A stretch of DNA of 63,350 nt, filler included, from Sanchytrium tribonematis (taxonomy: Eukaryota): NCBI GenBank assembly GCA_018985235.1. It is 18 parts of 18 records of this genome, joined end to end, with 100 filler letters (N's around TTAATTAATTAA, not from the genome) between each part and the next. Parts side by side here need not be neighbours in the genome. Positions count along the whole stretch, not along the records: positions 58,334 to 59,944 come from JADGIG010001246.1; positions 60,045 to 61,649 come from JADGIG010001248.1; positions 61,750 to 63,350 come from JADGIG010001249.1; 15 more parts are not named here. One strand, 5' to 3'. The position numbers and the translations under genes were made by a program. The first letter of the stretch is position 1. Each line of letters starts with the position of its first letter. A model generated the notes under the pieces. The model saw only the letters and a program-made list of their open reading frames with translations. It was not told where the DNA came from and made no database searches. Of this stretch, positions 58,868 to 63,350 are shown one piece after another.

Positions 58868-59815
58868 CTACTTCTCCTGTCGCCACAACTCCAATGTTAT
58901 ATTCTGTGTATGGATATTGGGATTTTCGGGATCGACATAATTTTCGGCATGATTAACTTTAAAATGAACATATTTGTCGTCATAATCAATCCAATCGTAT
59001 GACTTATACGAGTCTGAAAAAATTGTTGAATTTGGCGCAATACACTTTCTAATAAAATACTGCATAGTAGAAGATTTTCTATTGAGCACTGGCATCATTA
59101 TTATTTGTTTCTTGCAGCCAGGTTGTGGATGCCTTTCAATAAAACCAAGTATCCAAAAGGTACATTTTAGTCGACCTCTATTAAACTTTCTTTTTCTCCA
59201 AATAGCCTCGTCTACTTCAATTTCACCCTCAAGAGGCTTAAATAAAACTCTAATTGCCTGCTGCATGTATTCTCGCAATTTGGCAAAAAATAATGAAACC
59301 GAAAATCTATGAATTTTTACATAATATGCCGACTTTTTTATATTCTCTCTTGCAAAAAACAGATTCAGTAACATGCAACATTTCCATATTGGTAATTTAG
59401 AATGCGAAAATAACGATCCGCACCTTGGAGACACATCCTTTTTGCAACATTTACATCGCCACAAATGACCATCAGGTTTTGATTTGTGCTTGATCAAGGT
59501 CATTGAACCATGAGTAAAGTTGTGGGGACATGTCATATTGACTGCAAAGATCCCTACTCTTTGTAGAATGAAAAACAATTCATCTGAATTGTGCAGTTTT
59601 AAAATTTCAGGAATAGAATTCAATATGGCTATGTCGTGTTCAAATGTGAAATATTCAGAAGTAGAGGTCATGAAGCAAGTGTTTGGGAAGGGACTTGAGC
59701 AATATTGAAGCATTTGCGACGAATAAAACATGTGATTTATTTTTCGCTTCAATTTTTAACGTGCTTGTCTCAGATTGTTTTAAGTATGTAGATGGCTCAT
59801 TCTAGACACATACCC
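58868..59815 (-). mobile_element. Merlin/ISXO2 (IS1595-like) DDE transposon (copy B), C-terminally truncated
   Basis: EIEVDEA..RK.NRGR..WILGFIER, PV.NR..T...I...I..DS.KSY, VNH..NYVDP..HTQNI, then an early stop. GG terminus at 59815. Confidence 0.92.
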
Positions 59816-59816
59816 A

Positions 59817-59944
59817 GTCGTCTACTCATTTGACCTTTTAGATGCACAATTCACTCAAAAACGGGTCTATTTCACAGTGATGCTCAACATTTATGAATAT
59901 ATCAGAGAATATAATCCAAAGAGAATACCTGAATTATTGAGGGA
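59817..59944 (+). pseudogene. Mid-gene fragment of the helical family abutting the Merlin terminus
   Basis: YSFDLLDAQFTQKRVYFTVMLNIYEYIREYNPKRIPELL aligns with AYCQLDRVFTQNEVDCIVMRELYEKVKAEDATRIPQLL of the 23111 ORF. Confidence 0.6.
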
Positions 59945-60044
59945 NNNNNNNNNNNNNNNNNNNNNNNNNNNNNNNNNNNNNNNNNNNNTTAATTAATTAA
60001 NNNNNNNNNNNNNNNNNNNNNNNNNNNNNNNNNNNNNNNNNNNN

Positions 60045-61175
60045 AAAGATGGGAGTGATGATGATAGCCTGAATCAACAAATAATTGGAATATGCGTAAT
60101 AAGATTGAACTTCTGCATTATTTGTAAAATAGCCATAATAATATCCATAATAATAGCCATACGAGAATATTTCATGCTCATATAATTTGACTCCAATGTA
60201 TAAAATGATTAAAGTAAATAAATTGGCAATTCCAAATCCCAATACTGCATTTTTTGACCCATGATATTTTACATTTTTAACATCAAATAGTTTTTGGACA
60301 TCTTCAGAGGCATTATCGAGTAATTTGGCTTGATTTTTACCATTTTTATATGCCGTGTATTGAGTACATGCACATAAAGCCAATCCTGCTAAAATTGGGA
60401 GAATAATTATGAGGAAAATGAAGAGTAAATAACTTTGATCATTCGGATAATATGGATAATAATCATAATAAGTGGCAACAGGGGAAGCAGTAGAAGAGAC
60501 TGGTGTATTAGGGACATAGGGTCTGTATCTCAATACATCTGATTTCTTTAAATCTGCCAAACAATATTTCTCTAATGGATTTGGAGGGAGAGGTGGCGCA
60601 GGAGGCGGAGATGGATTGTTATATGTGTTATTGTAAATAAAACAATCACCAGCATATAAATCAGATGGATCATCAATTTGGATGTTTGTAAGAAGATTAC
60701 TTTGAAGATAAACTTGAGATGGATGATTTAAAGAAATGGAACCAGATAGTGAATTATGGCTTAAATTAATGACAGATATATTGGAGATACCAGTTGGTTG
60801 ACCTGTGATATTATTATGGGATAAATCTAAATAGTTTAGGGAAGATGGAAGAAGCGGAAAATTAATATTTAATTGATTATTGGATAAATCTAGATGGATT
60901 AAATTGGGGAGTAATGGGATGGGTGGTTTTAATTGAGAATGACGGATGGTTAAATTGGTAAGATGAGGTGGGAAATCATTGGCATCAATAGCTGCATTAA
61001 TGGGTAATTCATTCCAATAAATGGATTTGATTTCATAGTTGACACATTTAACATCAATAAAACTACAACAATCAGATGTGTTGGGTGGATAATGACTTGC
61101 TAGATTGTACTTTGTGATTAATTGATTGAATAAGTCACAATCTGAAAGTCCAAAAATAGTTTGAATGAGAAACAT
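60045..61175 (-). CDS. LRR + Pro-rich stalk + multi-TM receptor-like protein (3'-partial)
   Basis: MFLIQTIFG-LSDC..CC..C cap, LRRs, PSPPPAPPLPP, at least 2-3 TMs, GYYYGYYYGY. Confidence 0.8.
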
Positions 61176-61419
61176 ATGTTTCAAATAGCGACGTATCCCA
61201 CATTTTATTTGATATAGCACGTTACAAGACGCTGATATCACATGTCAAGTGCTTCGTTGATTCAAAATTGGTTGGTTTGAATATTTATGATGAATTTGAA
61301 CTAAATTGCATTGAAGATGTCAAAATTATATTTCAGCTGGTGTGATATGCAACCTAATCTGCTGGTAGACCATTCATATTTAAAGTCAAGTAATTGGTGG
61401 CTTGACACGCGTGAAACAA

Positions 61420-61649
61420 ATGAAACGAGCTTCCGAAGACTCTTCAAAAATCGGGGAGCAGCTCAGAATTGGGGATACGGTCCCGATGGACTCCGTACGT
61501 ACCATCGAGAATATAGATATACCATTGGTGAACAGTACTGGAAAAGTCCATTTAAATCTACGACGTTTTTCAGGATGTCCCATGACGAATCTAAATATGC
61601 GAGAAATAGCAAAAGAATTACCAACTATTCAAGATGCTGGTGTGCGCGA
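61420..61649 (+). CDS. Bacterial-like AhpC/TSA (peroxiredoxin-like) protein, 3'-partial
   Basis: GDTVP...TI....VHLNLRRFSGCPMTNLNMR.....I.DAGVR resembles bacterial VHLQFRRFAGCPxCNLH. Confidence 0.65.
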
Positions 61650-61786
61650 NNNNNNNNNNNNNNNNNNNNNNNNNNNNNNNNNNNNNNNNNNNNTTAATTA
61701 ATTAANNNNNNNNNNNNNNNNNNNNNNNNNNNNNNNNNNNNNNNNNNNNTTTGCTATAAATTCCGCATCCTCTCCAAATCCAATCT

Positions 61787-62239
61787 ATGTTGACCTTTTT
61801 ATATTTTGCGTTTGCTGAGCAAGTAACAAAATCGATTGGCCTAGCAGGATCATGCGTATTATCAATCAACTATGATAAAAGCTCCGACACCGTCGTTCCA
61901 ACTGTAACAAACTCGACCAAACTCAACTCCTTGATAAGTGATAGTTTTGTTTACAGTACTGCAACGTATACAACCACAGGAGATTGTTCAAAATTGCATG
62001 TGTATGACCACGCAAAAGGCGAGGCTCCTGTAGAATTGCAAGCTAATACTCTGGCAGTCAAAAACACCACTCAGTGCGATGACAAAACAAAGCAGAGACA
62101 TTATATGTTCGACCTCTGGAATTCCTCCATGATTGAACAAGAACTCAATTTGTACTATGTTTGCAAAAGTCAAAGTAACGGATCAGGAACTTTAAGCCTT
62201 GTCGCTTTGTTTGTTGTATTTTGGATTGTTTTACAATAA
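61787..62239 (+). CDS. Small secreted, probably GPI-anchored protein
   Basis: Starts MLTFLYFAFA, 4 Cys, ends SNGS plus a hydrophobic C-terminus. Confidence 0.6.
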   Translation: MLTFLYFAFAEQVTKSIGLAGSCVLSINYDKSSDTVVPTVTNSTKLNSLISDSFVYSTATYTTTGDCSKLHVYDHAKGEAPVELQANTLAVKNTTQCDDKTKQRHYMFDLWNSSMIEQELNLYYVCKSQSNGSGTLSLVALFVVFWIVLQ

Positions 62240-62268
62240 TAAAAACAGATTTTCTTTGTTTTCCAAAT

Positions 62269-63350
62269 ATGCGCTGGTGGATCTATGTAATACTGAATCT
62301 AGTAAGTTTAAATATTGTTTATGTATTAATGGGAATTTTTACAATTTTTGAGACACATCAGGAAGTGAAAAATGTAATTGCTCAAGTGGATCATCAAATT
62401 GAAATAATGTGGCTCAATTCAAATCGATTCGGAAATGCTTTAAGCAAATCTCCAAAATTAATCAATCAGATAGTAGAAAATCAGGTAAATGGAATCGTTC
62501 AAAAATCTAATTCTATCGCAAGTAAAATGATACACTTAATATTTAAAATGACAACTCAAATTATCATATTCATTTTTGAGGCTCTTACAGGTACACTGAA
62601 ATGTTTTCTCAATCTATTTCTTGATATTGGCGCATCTCTCTCGTCCCAAGTATTAGTGGAGATTCAGAAAAATATCAATGATTTAATTGATGTCATATCC
62701 CAAGTTGTTAAAGATATAGAAAATAGTATTTCGTCACTAATAAGAGACACTGCAGATTCGTTTGTAGGTATAAAGGACTTGGTGAATATCATTATTGGAG
62801 ATACTAAATTTGTGAATCAGATTGACTCACTTTCTAAATTAAAATTTCCTGAACTAGTGGAACTTGATTTAGCCAAACAAATTACAAATCAATACATCGA
62901 TCAAGTCATTGCTCCATTTTTAAAGTCGAAACCTAATATCAATAATTATTGGGACACTGCAACTTCCCTTTTGGATACCAAAGTAGCAGATTTATTGAAA
63001 CAATTTGAAGCACCATCTTTGCAATTTGAAGCTTTTAGAATTAGCGACAATGTCTTAGAGACTGATAAAATTTTTATAGAGTTTAATTCCAACAAAGATT
63101 TATTATTTACTGAAATAGATGGCGCCTTTTTTAATATATATTTAGCTGCATCATTTGTGTTTTTGTTGATAATTTTGTTCAATTTACTTCATAGCCTTTA
63201 TAATTTGATGAGTGACGCAAGGAAAAAGAAAAATATGGCGTTGATGTCGAGCAAGTCCTCCTCTTTAAAAAATGTCAGCTCCATTTATGATTATCTTCAA
63301 TATCCAATTTTATATCAATTTTCTACAATCATGCAACCGTTGGGCTTAGA
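62269..63350 (+). CDS. PRM1: PRM1-like plasma-membrane fusion protein (runs off window; absent from ORF track)
   Basis: Open frame of about 360 codons from the ATG at 62269. N-terminal TM, IIIFIFEALTGTLKCFLNLFL (Prm1-like IxFxxxxxxxTxxCL), amphipathic helices, a second TM. Confidence 0.5.
   Translation, partial: MRWWIYVILNLVSLNIVYVLMGIFTIFETHQEVKNVIAQVDHQIEIMWLNSNRFGNALSKSPKLINQIVENQVNGIVQKSNSIASKMIHLIFKMTTQIIIFIFEALTGTLKCFLNLFLDIGASLSSQVLVEIQKNINDLIDVISQVVKDIENSISSLIRDTADSFVGIKDLVNIIIGDTKFVNQIDSLSKLKFPELVELDLAKQITNQYIDQVIAPFLKSKPNINNYWDTATSLLDTKVADLLKQFEAPSLQFEAFRISDNVLETDKIFIEFNSNKDLLFTEIDGAFFNIYLAASFVFLLIILFNLLHSLYNLMSDARKKKNMALMSSKSSSLKNVSSIYDYLQYPILYQFSTIMQPLGL

Larger units (their letters stand above)
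17690..61749. other. 17 artificial contig spacers (N44-TTAATTAATTAA-N44, 100 nt each)
   Basis: Identical spacers start at 17690, 19471, 21246, 23011, 24775, 26536, 28296, 46083, 47842, 49592, 51324, 53054, 54781, 56508, 58234, 59945 and 61650. Confidence 0.99.

Noticed and set aside
17690..61749. Recurrent TTAATTAATTAA motif at about 1.7-kb spacing
   Set aside because: Artificial six-frame-stop linker inside N runs. It is not a biological repeat or CRISPR array, and gene neighbourhoods across it are meaningless.
300..63182. Numerous 60-135 aa antisense or alternate-frame ORFs in the track (e.g. 48378, 34886, 56747, 61311, 62946)
   Set aside because: Shadows of well-supported genes on the other strand or frame, with no motifs.
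1..63350. Stop-codon reassignment (TAA/TAG as Gln, or TGA as Trp) as the cause of split ORFs
   Set aside because: Conserved genes run long without internal stops and end at expected positions with TAA, TAG and TGA. The splits involve frame changes that mini-introns or decay explain.
1..63350. rRNA, tRNA or CRISPR features
   Set aside because: None recognisable by eye. A tRNAscan-SE or Infernal run would be needed to exclude small RNAs.

Overview
AT-rich, gene-dense eukaryotic DNA. It is most likely an early-diverging fungus or close relative; this is inferred from a fungal-type H3, MMM1/ERMES, a PPM2-JmjC fusion, RAD16 and a PRM1-like gene. The window is not contiguous: 18 contigs are joined by 17 artificial 100-nt spacers (N44-TTAATTAATTAA-N44), so ORF ends at spacers are artefacts. 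Positions 1-11.1 kb are transposon-rich: an intact APE-RT LINE, a decayed RT/RNase H element, a decayed Helitron next to a SET-domain/protease-like remnant, and a hAT-type MITE with an 8-bp TSD. The rest holds tightly packed host genes (ATG1, NAA25, MMM1, ADAM, SCY1-like, P450, SDS22, UTP10, RAD16, PPM2, NiCoT), expanded LRR, lectin and secreted families, and further TE fragments (Merlin, Sola-like, Ty3/Gypsy). The strongest signal is five ultra-short 19-20 nt GT-AG introns that the ORF track misses. Each restores a reading frame, three also restore a recognisable protein motif, and all carry a T at -8 and an A at -6 from the 3' end. Other highlights are a histone H3 with a clean in-frame loss of residues 30-47 (no K36), very short (about 9-14 aa) putative signal peptides, and several bacterial-like genes. 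All family assignments come from motif recognition by eye; no searches were run.
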